Shown here one piece after another: positions 44,715-64,000 of a stretch of 64,000 nucleotides of DNA. The notes beneath the pieces are model-generated. The model saw only the letters and a program-made list of their open reading frames with translations. It ran no database searches and had not been told where the DNA came from. This DNA comes from Chrysemys picta bellii (lineage: Eukaryota): contig NC_088806.1 of NCBI RefSeq assembly GCF_011386835.1, positions 2,108,001 to 2,172,000 on the forward strand, written 5' to 3'. Each line of letters begins with the position of its first letter. Position 1 is the first letter of the stretch. Made by a program: the position numbers and the translations under genes.

Positions 44715-47700
44715 GCTGGAGAGGCTGCTGAATTGTCCGTCCATCCCTGGGTCCGTCCCTCGCTCTGTGCCTCCCTCCTGTCCCGTCCTGCACTTCACTG
44801 ATAAACTGAAGGAAACGAAACCAGTTCCCTTTCCAAGGTCGTGCACCCGCCTCCCAGCTCCAACAACACGCACAGATAACAAGTCCTCGAGGCTGAGATG
44901 CGCCCACTTCTGGGGCGGGGCGGCTGGTTACCCAGGGACCCCTCGCCCGGCGCTGAGATGCGCCCACCTCTGGGGTGGGGCGGCTGGTTATACAGGGACC
45001 CCTCGCCTGGCGCTGAGATGCGCCCACCTCTGGGGTGGGGCGGCTGGTTATACAGGGACCCCTCGCCTGGCGCTGAGATGCGCCCACCTCTGGGGCGGGG
45101 CGGCTGGTTATACAGGTGCTGAGATGACAGGCCCGGGGGCTGGGCTGGGGGTGGCGGGACGCCGCGTAAGATGGACTCGTGCCTGTGATGGACTCTGGCT
45201 GCCTCGGACCACAGGCCGGGGGGGGGGGGGGAGGGGGCTGATGATTCAGGGCTTTCAGTTCCCCATGAAGATCCGTGGACGGCGCTGAGTCAGCCCCCAA
45301 GAAAGGCCTGTGACCTTCACGTGGTTGGCCTGCAGCTGGGGAGGCTGGGGGGTTAGAGCAGGGGGGGCTGGGAGCCAGGACTCCTGGGTTCTCTCCCCGG
45401 CTCTGGGAGGGGAGTGGGGGCTGGTGGTCAGAGCAGGGGGGCTGGGAGCCAGGACTCCTGGGTTCTCTCCCTGGCTCTGGGAGGGGAGTGGGGGCTGGTG
45501 GTCAGAGCAGGGGGGGCTGGGAGCTAGGACTCCTGGGTTCTCTCCCCAGCTCTGGGAGGGGAGTGGGGGCTGGTGGGTTAGAGCAGGGGGTGCTGGGAGC
45601 CAGGACTCCTGGGTTCTCTCCCCGGCGCTGGGAGACACATGCTGGCCTTTGTTTTCTTTCAGGGGAGCCCAGGTGGTTTTAGATGCAAAGGGCGGGGTAG
45701 GAGATGACCCCCCCCCCCCCCCCACACACACACACACAATTCACCTCTGACCTGCGCCAGGGCCCCAGCCCGCTTTGCTCCTGTCTCCCACTGGGGGTGC
45801 TGTGGAGGGAAGCAACTTACACCTAATCACCACCAGGGGGCAGCCTCGTGGCCCCAGTCCCGCTCCGCCCCTGCGTCTCCCTGCCGGCCAATTGCCGGCT
45901 TATTACAGCCTCAAGCGAGAGACCTGCGGAACTCCTGCCGCCAGGGGGAGAGATTCACTAGGACGCTCAGTGAACAGGGAGAGGGCTAAGAGGGGGCCAG
46001 GGGCTAGTAGTCACACAGAGGAGCCAGGGCAGGACCCAGCCGTCCTGCTACAACCTCTGTTGTAGCAACAGGGGGATTCAAGGCAAATAAACCGTCAGGC
46101 CTGGGATCCCGGACTCCTGGGTTCTATCAGCCCTGTGCCCTAGTGGATTCGGGCTCGGACACCTGAGTTCAATACTGTCAAGCTGGGGGACAGAGGCCAG
46201 GCCCTGTGAACTTCTGGGTTTCCTACCCATGACCCAGGAGGAGGTACAGCTGGTCAAAGTATCGCGACAGCTTAGTAGAACAGGAAGCCCAGTTGTTCAC
46301 CCATGGAACTCCCCGCCACAAGATTTCAGCAGGGGGAGAACTCCTGGAGCTCTATCCAACGGGGAAGTAAAGAATGGGCCCTGCTGTATGCAGGACCCTG
46401 TCCTTCCTCCTGTGTTGTTTGGGGGGACAGTAGCCATGATCCCCAAGTCACATTAAGAGCCCAGCTCTCACCCCCCCTTTTTTTTAAGCCTTGAGGGCCC
46501 CTGTGAGTCAAAGGAGTGTGAACTCCTAGCCCAAGTGTGCAGCAGGGGACACTCTGGCAGGAGCATCTTTATCATCCCTCGTTCATCTGCCAAGGAAATA
46601 GCTGGGATCCCACCCCTGCCACCAACCCCCTCCGCTATAATCCCCCCTCTTGCTCTTCTAGTCAGTAGCTTGCAAGGCCCTCCCGCAAAAGGTGGTATGA
46701 GCTCAATGTCTCAGTGGGGAAACCGAGGCAAGGAGGGAGGACTGCTACATGCCAGGTGTCACTCAGCAAGGCCGGGGAAGAAGAGAGAAAAAAGGCAGCC
46801 CAGTGCAGTGTGAACTACCCCATATCGGCTCTTAAGGGGACTGCTGTGGTAAGGGAGTCTCCTCATCCCGCCCCATGCACCTGGAGGGGCCATGCAAGAC
46901 TCTGGAATCCCACCGCTCCCACCAGTGCCTTCGGGAGATGATTAGCCATGCAAAGGACTGCAGGAACAGAGAGGACACCCCTCCTCCAGCCAACTGGGAT
47001 TCGGGGGAGGGGGCCGGCCAAACTGCCTTGAGCCCCCCGGGGGGGGAGGGGCCACCCCCCCTTTACAAACACAACCCACAGCAGCTGCCATTTTGAAAGA
47101 AGATTTTTATTTGGTACGTTCGTTTCCTTTCAATAAATACTATACAAAAAAAAGTAAGAAGGTCGCACACAATTTTGTTGGATGGGGGAAAAAAATTGAG
47201 TGCAGGGGGGAGAAATTTCTAGCTTAATGTTTTGGGGGCAACTGATTTGGGGGGCTCCCTCCCCCAACAGCTACCAACCCTGAGGTAGGTCCGAGTCACA
47301 AGGAGTTCGATTTAGCACCAGGATCAGGGTGGTGTAGCTTTGGGGAAGGGGGGGCTCGTTAAGAGATGGCCAGATCTTCGGGGGCTGGGACAGCAGGACT
47401 CCTGGGTTCTACGTGGGAGCAGGGAATAGAAACAGGCAAATCCCAGGGAAGATGTTGGGGGCGTATTAGCGGATACAGGGGACAGGAGGGGGAGCCAGGA
47501 TCCCACCTGCCCCCAATCAAAAGGAGGGAACGCCTGGGTTCTCCCCCCCGTCTCTCTAGCCCATCACAGCCAGGACACCTGGGTTCTATGCTCGCTGTTG
47601 AGAACCCAGGAGTCCAGCCACACCCTGTTCCAGGAACATGAAGGAAACGGGGAGGTGGGGGGGGACCCACAGGCCAGGACGCCTCCACTCCAGTTAAAGG

Positions 47701-47960
47701 AGGATCTGGAGCCCGGGGCCCCCCAGGTTTGGCCTCCAGGCATGAGAGCGAGAAGTGGACAAACAAGAGAAATGCCACAAAAACACTAAATTGGATTTTT
47801 TTCACCTCCAAAAAGTGACATTTATTCAAAAGAACAAAACAAAAAAAGAAACGAGAGAAAAAAAAAAAAAAAAGGGAAAATAATTAAAAAAAAGTGTTCG
47901 GAGCCAGCGCGTGACAGCAGCTCGCGGGGGCAGCGCCCGGGGCGCCCACCGGGGGGGCGC

Positions 47961-54573
<6,613 letters not shown>

Positions 54574-54599
54574 CCTGGGCAGGATCCTGCCCCCACCCG

Positions 54600-54990
54600 C
54601 CTCGCCCTGCCTTATAAACCCCCGGCAAGCCCCGCCCCCGCCCCGCTCCCATTGGCCGCCCGCCCACTGGCCCCGCTCCCATTGGCTCCTACCCCCTGAG
54701 GACCCGCCTGCCGGCCCCGCTCCCATTGGCCGCCCGGCGCCCGGCTCCCAGCCGGTGACGTCGAAGCCGATTGAAAAGAGGCGTGTGACGTCAGGGCGCC
54801 CTGCTCCCCGGGGAATTGGGCGGCGGCCCCACCCGCGAGCGGAGTGAGTCAGGCGCCAACACGCCGGGCGGCGATTAGCCGGAGCGGCACGCCCGTCAGG
54901 ACTCAGGCCAGCCAATGGGCGAGAGGGACGGCAGGAAGGGGCGGGGCTGCGGACCGGAAGTGAGGCCGGCAGGGAGCGCACACGTGGGTG
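54600..54990 (-). promoter_or_regulatory. EIF4A1 promoter (TATA, CCAAT boxes, CRE, ETS, E-box)
   Basis: TATA-like TTATAAA at ~54612-54618; ATTGG at 54651, 54681 and 54725; TGACGTCA 54786-54793; CCGGAAGT ~54953-54961; CACGTG 54981-54986. Confidence 0.75.
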
Positions 54991-55064
54991 GCGACAGCTG
55001 TGGCCTCCCTTTGTGCGCGTCGCGCTCCGGAGTTGTGACCCCTCCCGGCACCCGTACCCCAGCC

Positions 55065-55760
55065 CCCTCTTACCAGCTACAGGGTCCCCCATTGGATCCC
55101 CTCCTACCAGCCCCCACAGTCCCCTCCTACCAGCCCCCACCCAGCCACTGGATCCCCCCTGGAGTCCCCTCCCCCGAGCCCCCACCCAGCCACGGGATCC
55201 CCTCCCCACATCCCCAGCCCCCACCAGCCACTGGATCCCCCCCTGGATCCCCTCCCCCAGCCCCCACATCCCCTCCCCCCAGCCCCCACCCAGCCACTGG
55301 GTCCCCCACGGATCCCCTCCCCCAGCCCCCACATCCCCCCCCCCCCAGCCCCCACCCAGCCACTGGGGTCCCCCACGGATCCCCTCCCCAGCCCCCACAT
55401 CCCCTCCCCCCGCAGCCCCCACCCAGCCACTGGGTCCCCCACGGATCCCCTCCCCCAGCCCCCACATCCCCTCCCACCAGCCCCCACCCAGCCACTGGGT
55501 CCCCCACGGATCCCCTCCCCCAGCCCCCACATCCCCTCCCCCCAGCCCCCACCCAGCCACTGGGTCCCCACAGGATCCCCTCCCCCAGCCCCCACATCCC
55601 CTCTACCAGCCCTGCCCGCCACTGGATCCCCCCCCCGATCCCCTCCCCCCAAGCCACAGCCCCCACCCCTGAGATCCCCTCCTACCAGCACCCCCCCAGC
55701 CACAGGGTCCCCCAAGCCACAGCCCTGCCCCCCATGGGATCCCCTCCTACCAGCCCCGTC
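55065..55760. repeat. C-rich ~65-bp tandem repeat upstream of EIF4A1
   Basis: Repeated CCAGCCACTGGGTCCCCCACGGATCCCCTCCCCCAGCCCCCACATCCCC. Confidence 0.85.
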
Positions 55761-56264
55761 CCAGCCAAGACCCCCTCTCAGCTGGGGCCAGCTTTGCTGA
55801 GAGCCTCCCCCATCTGTTCCCCTCCCCAAGGCTTGTGACTTAACCAGAGGGGCCCCCCCCAACTTATTCTCCACCTGGGTTTCCACAGGTGCCTCTGCCC
55901 GCCTCAGTTTCCCTCCTCCAACAGCTTCCCCCTTCCCGGCCAGACTACAGTCACACCCCAGAACCAACTCGACCCTGGGACCGGCTACCACCAGCCTCGT
56001 GGTGCGTCCCCCTAGGGAAAGGGGAATGGAGCTGAGATCGGTGACCCGCCCGCTGGCGTTTCTCACCCTGCTCCCGTTACCAGCTCCGGGGTCAGTTAGT
56101 GGCCCAGAGCAGAGAGGACCTAACAGCCGCTGGGGGGTGGGGGGTGGTGAAAGGGGTGCGTGTGTCACCCTGGATTGGTCTGCTGACGGCTTTATAAATT
56201 AGGCCCGTGCCTTTGAATTCCTGAATGAGCTGCCCTTCCCCGAGCATTTAAAAAAAAAATTAAT

Positions 56265-56449
56265 GGAGATATCTTATCTCCTAGAACTGGAAGGGACCTT
56301 GAAAGGTCATTGAGTCCCGGCCCCCTGCCTTCACTAGCAGGACCAAGTACTGATTTTGCCCAGATCCCTAGGTGGCCTCCTCAAGGATTGAACTCACAAC
56401 CCTGGGTTTAGCAGCCAATGCTCAAACCACTGAGCTATCCCTGCCCCCC
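56265..56449 (-). mobile_element. Tortoise-type tRNA-derived SINE (different tail subfamily)
   Basis: Head is the reverse complement of GGGATAGCTCAGTGGTTTGAGCATTGGC...GAGTTCAATCCTTGAGG; the tail differs from the copy at 16323. Confidence 0.8.
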
Positions 56450-57349
56450 GGTTAATGGAGAACCCACGGCTTGGCCGCATCTCTGTCACGGGGTGGGAAG
56501 GAGCGACCAACTCTGGGTAACGCGTGTCCCCGAGCTGATGGCTGAGAAGAAGGACACAAGCGAGGCCTGGCTACTGGCCACCATCCCCCCATCCTGGAAG
56601 CCGTCAGTTCACCTGCTGTATCCCCACAGAGATGGCTGCCCACCCCAGCTAGGTAGAATAGTCCCTGGCTTGCCGGCAGATTTAGCGCCAGGTGATTACA
56701 GTGGGCCACCATTGGGCTGCCTGCTCCAGGCCGGGCCCATGGATGGATTATAAATTGGGAGGGTGGGTTAGCCACCGCCCACGGGCCAAATGCACTCAGA
56801 GGCCGCCAGGCATCTGCCTGAACGCCAAGGCAGAAAAGTTCAGGAAATAACCACAGCCCCACACCCCCGCTTGGGTGAAATATTTCCAAAGCCACTGCAT
56901 TTGTGTTTAGACGCTTCCAGCCCGTTTGGGTGAAAACCGATGCATCGCAGCCCCTTGGGCGAGGTGATGCGGTTTTCAGATCGCCTGTCCCAGGCCATTA
57001 ACGTTACGTGAGACACGAAAACCGCCCGTCTCAGCTGCGTGGTAGCGCTGGCGTTTGTCTAGCTGACAGGTGACCCCGCAGTGCCCCAAACGGGGCCAGG
57101 CTGGTAAATGAAGAGTGTGCTGAATCGCTGGCTGCCTGGGTTCTTTCCTGGCTCGGGGAGGGGAGCGGGGGCTAGTGGTTAGAGCAGGGGAGACCCCCCA
57201 CAGATCTCTTTCCGCCGTACTCCTGCCTAGGCAGTCAGTGCCCATTTTGTGTAACCGAGTATTCCTTACGAAGTGGGGTACGCTGCATGCATCAGTCCTG
57301 GTTGAATTTCATCCTCTTTCCTTCAGCCCAGTTCTTCGCATCATTTTGA

Positions 57350-60300
57350 ATGTTAAGCCATTCTCCAAAGAACTTGCAACCCCTCCCAGCTTGGGTGGCG
57401 ACTGTAAACTAGACGTGTTCTCTCTACGCCATTATCTAACTCATTGATGAAGAGATTGAACCAAACGGACCCTGCAGATCCCTGCGGACCCCCACTTGTT
57501 ATATCCTCCCTACATGACTGTGAACTGCTGATACCGCCTCTCTGGGAACGGTTTTCCAACCAGTTCTGCACCCACCTCATAGTAGCTCCGGCGCGGTTGC
57601 ATTTCCCTACTTTACGAGGTCACATGAGCCAGTATCGAAAACCTTACTAACGTCAAGATAGACCACGTCTATGGCGGCAGCCCTGTCCACAAGGCTTGTT
57701 ACCCTGTCAAAGAAAGCCATCAGGTTGGTTTGCTGCGATTTGTTCTTGACAAATCAGAATAATAGACTGTCGGGGTAGAAGTCCAACCCCCTGCAAATCT
57801 CTACCGTCATCTTCCAGCCATTGGATGGTGTTAGACTTTTCTCTGCTAGACGGAAGAGCCCGTTATTGCAGTATTTGTCCCCCAGGTAGATACTTACAGC
57901 GATCAAGTCACCCTTTCACCTTCTCTTTGCCAAGCAAAATCGATCGAGCTCTTTGAGTTTCTCAGTCAAAGGCGGGGTTTTTTAATCATTCTTACCGCTT
58001 TTTTTTTCACCCCTCTTCAATGGCTCACAGAAGATGATTAGGGTTGAAGAGACCTCAGGAGGTCATCTAGCCCAACCCCCTGCTCAAAGCAGGACCAACC
58101 CCAACTAAATCATCCCAGTCCGGGCTCCGTCAAGCTGGGCCTTAAAAACCTCTAAATCCATGCTGACTGTCACTGATCACCTTATTATCTACTAGGTGTT
58201 GGTAAATGAGTTGCTTAATTCTTTGCTCTGTTATCTTTCCGGGTACAGAAGTTAAGTTGACTGGTCTTTAATTCCCTGGGTAATCCTTAGATTGCCCCTC
58301 TGGAATTGCTCCCATCTTCCATGACTTTCGAAGATAATCGCCAATGGCCCAGCTATCTCGTCATTCAGCTCCTTGAGTGGTCTAGGATGGACTTATGTTA
58401 GCAACAAGAAGGAGGTCAGGGAAAGTGTGGGACCTGTACTGAATGGGGGAGGCCACCTAGAGACAGATGATGTGGAAAAAAGCTGAAGTACTCAATGCTC
58501 TTTTGGCCTCGGTCTTCACAGACAAGGGCAGCTCCCAGACTGCTGCGCTGGGCAACACAGTATGGGGAGGAGGTGAGCAGCCCTCCGTGGTGAAAGAACA
58601 GGTTAAGGGCTATTAGAAAAACTGGACATGCACAAGTCTATGGGTCCAGATCTAGTGCATCTGAGGGTGCTGAGGGAGTTGGCTGATGTGATTGGCCATT
58701 ATCTTTGAAAATTTGTGGCGATCGGGGGAGGTCCCGGACGATTGGAAAAAGGCCAATGTAGTGCCATCTTTAAAAAAGGGAAGGAGGAGAACCTGGGGAA
58801 CTACAGACCAGTCAGCCTCACCTCAGTCCCGGAAAAATCATGGAGCAGGTCCTCAAGGAATCTGTTTTGAAGCACTGGCGGAGAGGAAGGTGATCAGGAA
58901 CAGTCAACGTGGATTCACCAAGGGCAGGTCATTCCTGACCAACCTGATTGCCTTCTATGAGGAGATAACTGGCTCTGTGGATATGGGGAAAGCAGTGGAT
59001 TGTGGTATATCTTGACTTTAGCAAAGCTTTTGATACGTCTCCACTGTATTCTTGCCAGCAAGTTAAAGAAGTATGGGCTGGATGAATGGACTATAAGATG
59101 GATAGAAAGCTGGCTAGATTGTTGGGCTCAAGGGGTAGCGATCAATGGCTCCATGTCTAGTTGGCAGCCACTGATCAAGCGGAGTGCCCCAAGGATCGGT
59201 CCTGAGGCTGGTTTTGTTCAACATCTTTATCAATGATCTGGATGATGGGATTAATTGGACCCTCAGCAAGTTCGCAGATGACACTAAGCTGGGGGGAGAG
59301 GTAGACACGCTGGAGGGTAGGGATTAGACAAATTGGAGGATTGGGCCAAAAGAAATCGGATGAGGTTCAACAAGGACACGTGCAGAGTCCTGCACTTAGG
59401 AAGGAAGAATCCCATTCACTGCTACAGGCTGGGGACCGACTGGTAGGAAGCAGTTCTGCAGAAAAGGACCAGGGATTACAGTGGATGAGAAGCTGGATAT
59501 GAGTCAGCAGTGTGCCCTTGTTGCCAAGAAGCCCAACAGCATTTTGGGCTGTATTAGTAGGAGCGTTGCCAGCAGATCGAGGGACGTGATTATTCCCCTC
59601 TGTTCGGCACTGGTGAGGCCACACCTGGAGTCTTGTGTCCAGTTTTGGGCCTCCCACTACAGAAAGGATGTGAACAAATTGGAGAGTCCAGCAGAGGGCA
59701 ATGAAAATGATCAGGGGGCTGGGGCACATGACTTATGAGGACAGGCTGAGGGAACTGGGATTGTTTAGTCTCCAGAAGAGAAGAATGAGGGGGGATTCGA
59801 TAGCTGCTTTCAAACTACCTGAAGGGGGGTTCCAAAGAGGATGGAGCTCGGCTGTTCTCAGTGGTGGCAGATGACAGAACAAGGAGCAATGGTCTCAAGT
59901 TGCAGTGGGGGAGGTCTGGGTTGAGTGAAGCACTGGAAATGGGTTCCCTAGGGAGGTGGTGGAATCTCCTTCCTTAGAGGTTTTTCAGGCCCGGCCTGAC
60001 AAAGCCCTGGCTGGGATGATTTAGTTGGGGTTGGTCCTGCTTTGAGCAGGGGGTTGGACTAGATACCTCCTGAGGTCCCTTCCAACCCTGATCTTGTATG
60101 ATTTCATCAGGCCCTTGATGCCTTGAAGACATCTAACACGTCTGAGTCATTTTAAACTTGTTCTTTCCCTATTCTAGCCTCTGCTCCTACCTTGTGTTCG
60201 CTCTGCGGGACGTCCAATCACCGTGAAACTTTTTGGTGAAAAACAAACAAAAAAGTCATTTAGCACTTCCATCATTTCAACGTTTTCGGTTATCGTTCCC

Positions 60301-61010
60301 CCCCTCGTTGAGTAACGGGCCTACCCCCTCCTTGGTCTTCCTCTTGCTTCTAATGGATTTGCTGAATGTTTCCTTGTTACCCTTTATGTCTCTAGCTAGT
60401 TTGATCTCATTTTGGGCCTTGGCCTTTCTAATTTTGTCCCTTCATATTGGTTTATATTCATCCTTTGTCATTTCACCTAGTTTTCACTCTTGTGTTTCAG
60501 ATCCTTGAAGATCTCCCGGTTAAGCCAGGGTGGTCACTTGCCATACTTCTACGATAGTTTGCTTTTGTGCCCTTCATAACGTCTCCAAAAACTGCCAACT
60601 CTCTCGAATTTGGACTTGCTTCCCACCGGAGCTTACCTACCACCTCCTTGAGTTTGCTAAAGTTTCCCTCCTTGAAATCCATTGTCTTTATTATGTGGTC
60701 TTCCGTCCTATCCTTCCTTAGAATCACGAACTCGATCACATCGTCCACCTTCAAATTCTCAACCCGCTCCTCCCCGTTGGTCAAAATCAGCCCCGACTCG
60801 CTTTCTCCACCTTCTGAATGAAAAAACGGACTCCAGGGCCCCTCGGCCCCGCCGGCGAAGGATCAGCCGTCCCCTTCCACATTATTTTCCCGACAGACGG
60901 CGCGGCGGTCGTTGAAGTCCCCCATGACCACCAAGTCCTGCCCTTCGGCGGAGTTTGTTAGTTGTTTAAAACTCCGAAGGAGTTCAGCGCAGCCTTGGCT
61001 TGGATTCGCT
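57350..61010 (-). mobile_element. Older CR1 ORF2 element split by later insertions (pieces ~57350-57755, 58154-58390, 60101-61010)
   Basis: Endonuclease motif QDLVVMGDFN and DHIIKTMDFKEGNFSKLKE at 60500-61010. The sequence rejoins across the inserts (GATGAAAT|xCATCCTAGA; GACAAATC|CATGCTG). Confidence 0.75.
58391..60103 (+). mobile_element. Younger 5'-truncated CR1 LINE (same family as 16570-17514), frameshifted
   Basis: RT motifs ([43 protein letters not shown]) and the CR1 3' end GGTCCCTTCCAACCCTGATCTTGTATGATT. Confidence 0.92.
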
Positions 61011-61304
61011 TTCCTTCTTGATTTCAGGGGGAAGGGGTCCGTGCTGTACTCAGCACTGTGGGCACCCCGATCTCGCAGGGGTGGGTGTCTGTGCGGCATC
61101 CGACACAATGGGGGACCCCAATCTCGTTCGGGGAGGAGGCGTGTCCCATTCCCCACCCTGGCGCCCCCTAGCGGCCATTCTTCCTCCAACGGCCAACACA
61201 GGGAGAAAATCGGCCCCGCTCGGAGGGGGCGACCCAGGGGAAAGGACGCCGCTTCCCCGCATGACCCACATTTCAAACCCAGAAGATTCTCCAAAGAAAG
61301 GAAG

Positions 61305-61310
61305 TTTATT
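61305..61310 (-). terminator. Poly(A) signal of SENP3
   Basis: AATAAA on the minus strand about 630 bp after the stop codon. Confidence 0.6.
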
Positions 61311-61938
61311 GCCCAGAACAATTTGCCGCCGCATTATATATATATAATATATATATATATATATAAAAAAAAAATGCTTGTTTCTCATTTCACAGCCCAG
61401 TGTATAAACTTGTCCCCCCACCCCACCCCCCAACATACAACTTCACTAACACAAATAACCCCCCCGGGAGAAGAAAAGGTGGGGGGTGGAGATTCCAACC
61501 TCATCTCCCCTCCGCCCCCCGCACCCGCTCTGGGTAGAAATGGCTCCTCCCCTCCTCCCCCCCCCAAAGCCGGTGTGTCCCCAAAATTCAGGGGTAGGGG
61601 GTGTATTTACCGTGCCCCACCCACCCCCGCCCCAAAATGTAACAAGGGAAACTGGGTTTAAATATGAAAAAAATAATACAGAACCAGGGGGAGAGGGGGA
61701 TGCCTCCCCCCACAAGTAAAAAAAGGTCCCCCAAAAGTCTGGTTGGCAGGGGCGGGAGGAGCCGGGATTAGCTGCCTCCCTCAGCCCGGTTTGAACAGTT
61801 CCAATGCTACAGAGTTAATGCCCCTTCCCGCTGCCCGTCCGTCTGGGGTGCGGGGTGCTCCCCCCAGGAGCGGGGGGAGGAGGCGGTGTCAGCGTGGCCC
61901 CGTCCGGAAGGGAAGAGGTGGGTGTGTGGGCGGGCGAC

Positions 61939-63694
61939 TCACACGCTGAGTTTGCAGTGGCAAAGCTCCTTGTACATCTGTCGCCGCAGCTTCGGCATGT
62001 CCTGCTGGGTGAAGCTGAACGCCCGGCCCAGCGCCAGGAACTTGCAGTACTGTGGGGGGAGGGGGGGGGAGAGAAGCAGAGTTAACCAGGGGCAAAGAGA
62101 AAAGCTTTCCCCTCTAGGGGGCGTCGGCTCCCACCCGGCCCCAGTCTTCGGTGAGGGGAGCTTGTCGGGTCTCAGCCCAGTTCCCCGGCCCATCACCGGT
62201 GGGGTTGGAGCGAGCCACTGCCCGGCAATCTGATGGGGAAGATGCATTGTGGGGGGGAAAAATGCTAATTGCACCCCTGCAGCCTCCGCTATCGCTCGTC
62301 CCCAGCCCCAGCCGCCGCTCACCTGCAGGACGAAGGCTCCACAGTCGCTGTCGTTATTCTGCCTGGCCACGTTCTGGGGAGACGGGAGTGAAGGGTGAGC
62401 CACATCCAGCAACCCCCCCCACGCGAGAACAGAGCTCTGCCATTGGCTCAGGAACCCAGCCCCCCACCATGCACCCGCCCCACTCCCCTCCCAGCCCTCC
62501 CCCCCCCAACTCACCAGCCCCACTCCCCTCCCAGCCCTCCCCCCCCCCCAACTCACCAGCCCCACTCCCCTCCCAGAGCCGGGGAGAGAACCCAGGAGTC
62601 CTGGCTCCCAGCGCCCCCTGCTCCAACCCACCAGCCCCCCCCCACCCCGCTCCCAGAGCCGGGGAGGGAACCCAGGAGTCCTGGCTCCCAGCCCCCCCTG
62701 CTCCAACCCACCAGCCCCCACTCCCCTCCCAGAGCTGGGGAGAGAACCCAGGAGTTCTGACTCACCATTTTAAAGGAGCCCCTCCAGCCATCTCTGAAGT
62801 CCGGCCGATCCTTCTTGTCTGCTTCAGCCTGGAGGTACCTACAGATGTGCTGGGGGAGAGGTTGGGTGGGGGGGGAGGAGGAGCACAAAGGGGGTGACTC
62901 AAGGGGGGGGGGGGGAAGGGGCCACCTGATGGGACTGCCAGGAGTTCAGGGTGCGATGGGAGCTGGCGCCCCCTAGAGGGGACAGGCCCCTGCCCCATTC
63001 CCCGCCCCCCTGAGCCAGCCAGTCCCCGCCCTGGGGCCGGGTGGGAGCCGGCGCCCCCTAGAGGGGACAGGCCCCTGCCCCATTCCCCGCCCCCCTGAGC
63101 CAGCCAGTCCCCGCCCTGGGGCCGGGTGGGAGCCGGCGCCCCCTAGAGGGGACAGGCCCCTGCCCCATTCCCCGCCCCCCTGAGCCAGCCAGTCCCCGCC
63201 CTGGGGCCGGGTGGGAGCCAGCGCCCCCCAGAGGGGACAGGCCCTGCCCCATTCCCCGCCCCCCTGCCCGGTTACCTTGGGGCAGCGGCGGTTGAGTGTT
63301 CGCTGCGAGTCGAAGTAGGTGATGCTCTTCTGCTTCACGTCCACGGAGACGAGGGACCAGTGCACCTCCAGGTGGATGGGGATGAGCAGCAGGTCCTTGT
63401 TGAAGATGTCCACCTGCGGGGAGCGCCACACGCACTTAGCCAGCCAGCCACCTCCTCCCCGCCCCACAGCGCCCCCTAGCGCCTGCCCGGGGCCAGCCCT
63501 GCCTGCTAGGGGAGAGCGCCCCCTGCTGAGCCCCCCGCCCCACAGCGCCCCCTAGCGCCTCCCTGGGGCCAGCCCTGCCTGCCAGCCTGCAGCCCAGCGC
63601 CCCCCGACGCACTCACGTTTTTGGTCCAGCGTTTCACCCCCTCGTACCCCTTGGTTCGTAGCTTATCGTAGAAAAAACTGTTGAAGAAATGGAC
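61939..63694 (-). CDS. SENP3: SUMO-specific peptidase 3, last five coding exons (C48 protease domain); the gene continues beyond the window
   Basis: Exons 63694-63617 ([26 protein letters not shown]), 63413-63276 ([25 protein letters not shown]...), 62849-62766, 62373-62323 ([17 protein letters not shown]), 62049-61939 (...[11 protein letters not shown]). Catalytic His, Asp and Cys present. Confidence 0.96.
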
Positions 63695-64000
63695 CTGGGG
63701 AGGAAGGGAGCCTCCGTTTAGACACCAAAAGCCCCCCCTGCTCCAACCCACCATCCCCCACTGCCCTCCCAGAGCCGGGGAGAGAACCCAGGCGTCCTGG
63801 CTCCCAGCCCCCCCTGCTCCAACCCACCATCCCCCACTCCCCTCCCAGAGCCGGGGAGAGAACCCAGAAGTCCTGGCTCCCGGCCCCCCCTGCTCCAACC
63901 CACCATTCCCCACTCCCCTCCCAGAGCCGGGGAGAGAACCCAGGAGTCCTGGCTCCCAGCCCCCCCGCTCTAACCCACCAGCCCCCACTCCCCTCCCAGA

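Overview
GC-rich vertebrate genomic DNA, almost certainly from a turtle (tortoise-type tRNA/CR1-tail SINEs, turtle-type CR1 LINEs, hAT and Harbinger MITEs). It is syntenic with human 17p13.1, with the same order and relative orientation: FXR2 (+; exons 2-17, exon 1 lies upstream of the window), SOX15 (+), MPDU1 (-), CD68 (-), EIF4A1 (-) and the 3' end of SENP3 (-). EIF4A1 introns carry SNORD10, SNORA67 and two copies of SNORA48. The main novelty is an extra intronless gene between MPDU1 and CD68 (35865-37198, +). It encodes a PIF/Harbinger-transposase-derived (HARBI1/ALP1-like) protein in which three of the four conserved acidic positions are Gly, and it sits head-to-head with MPDU1 on a compact NRF1/YY1/ETS-rich promoter. 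SOX15, MPDU1 and this gene carry single-base indels in G/C homopolymers, most likely assembly errors. Introns hold several minisatellite families, including one built from a MIR-like SINE head and two carrying CTCF-like motifs. All calls come from manual translation and splice-site reading; no database searches were run.
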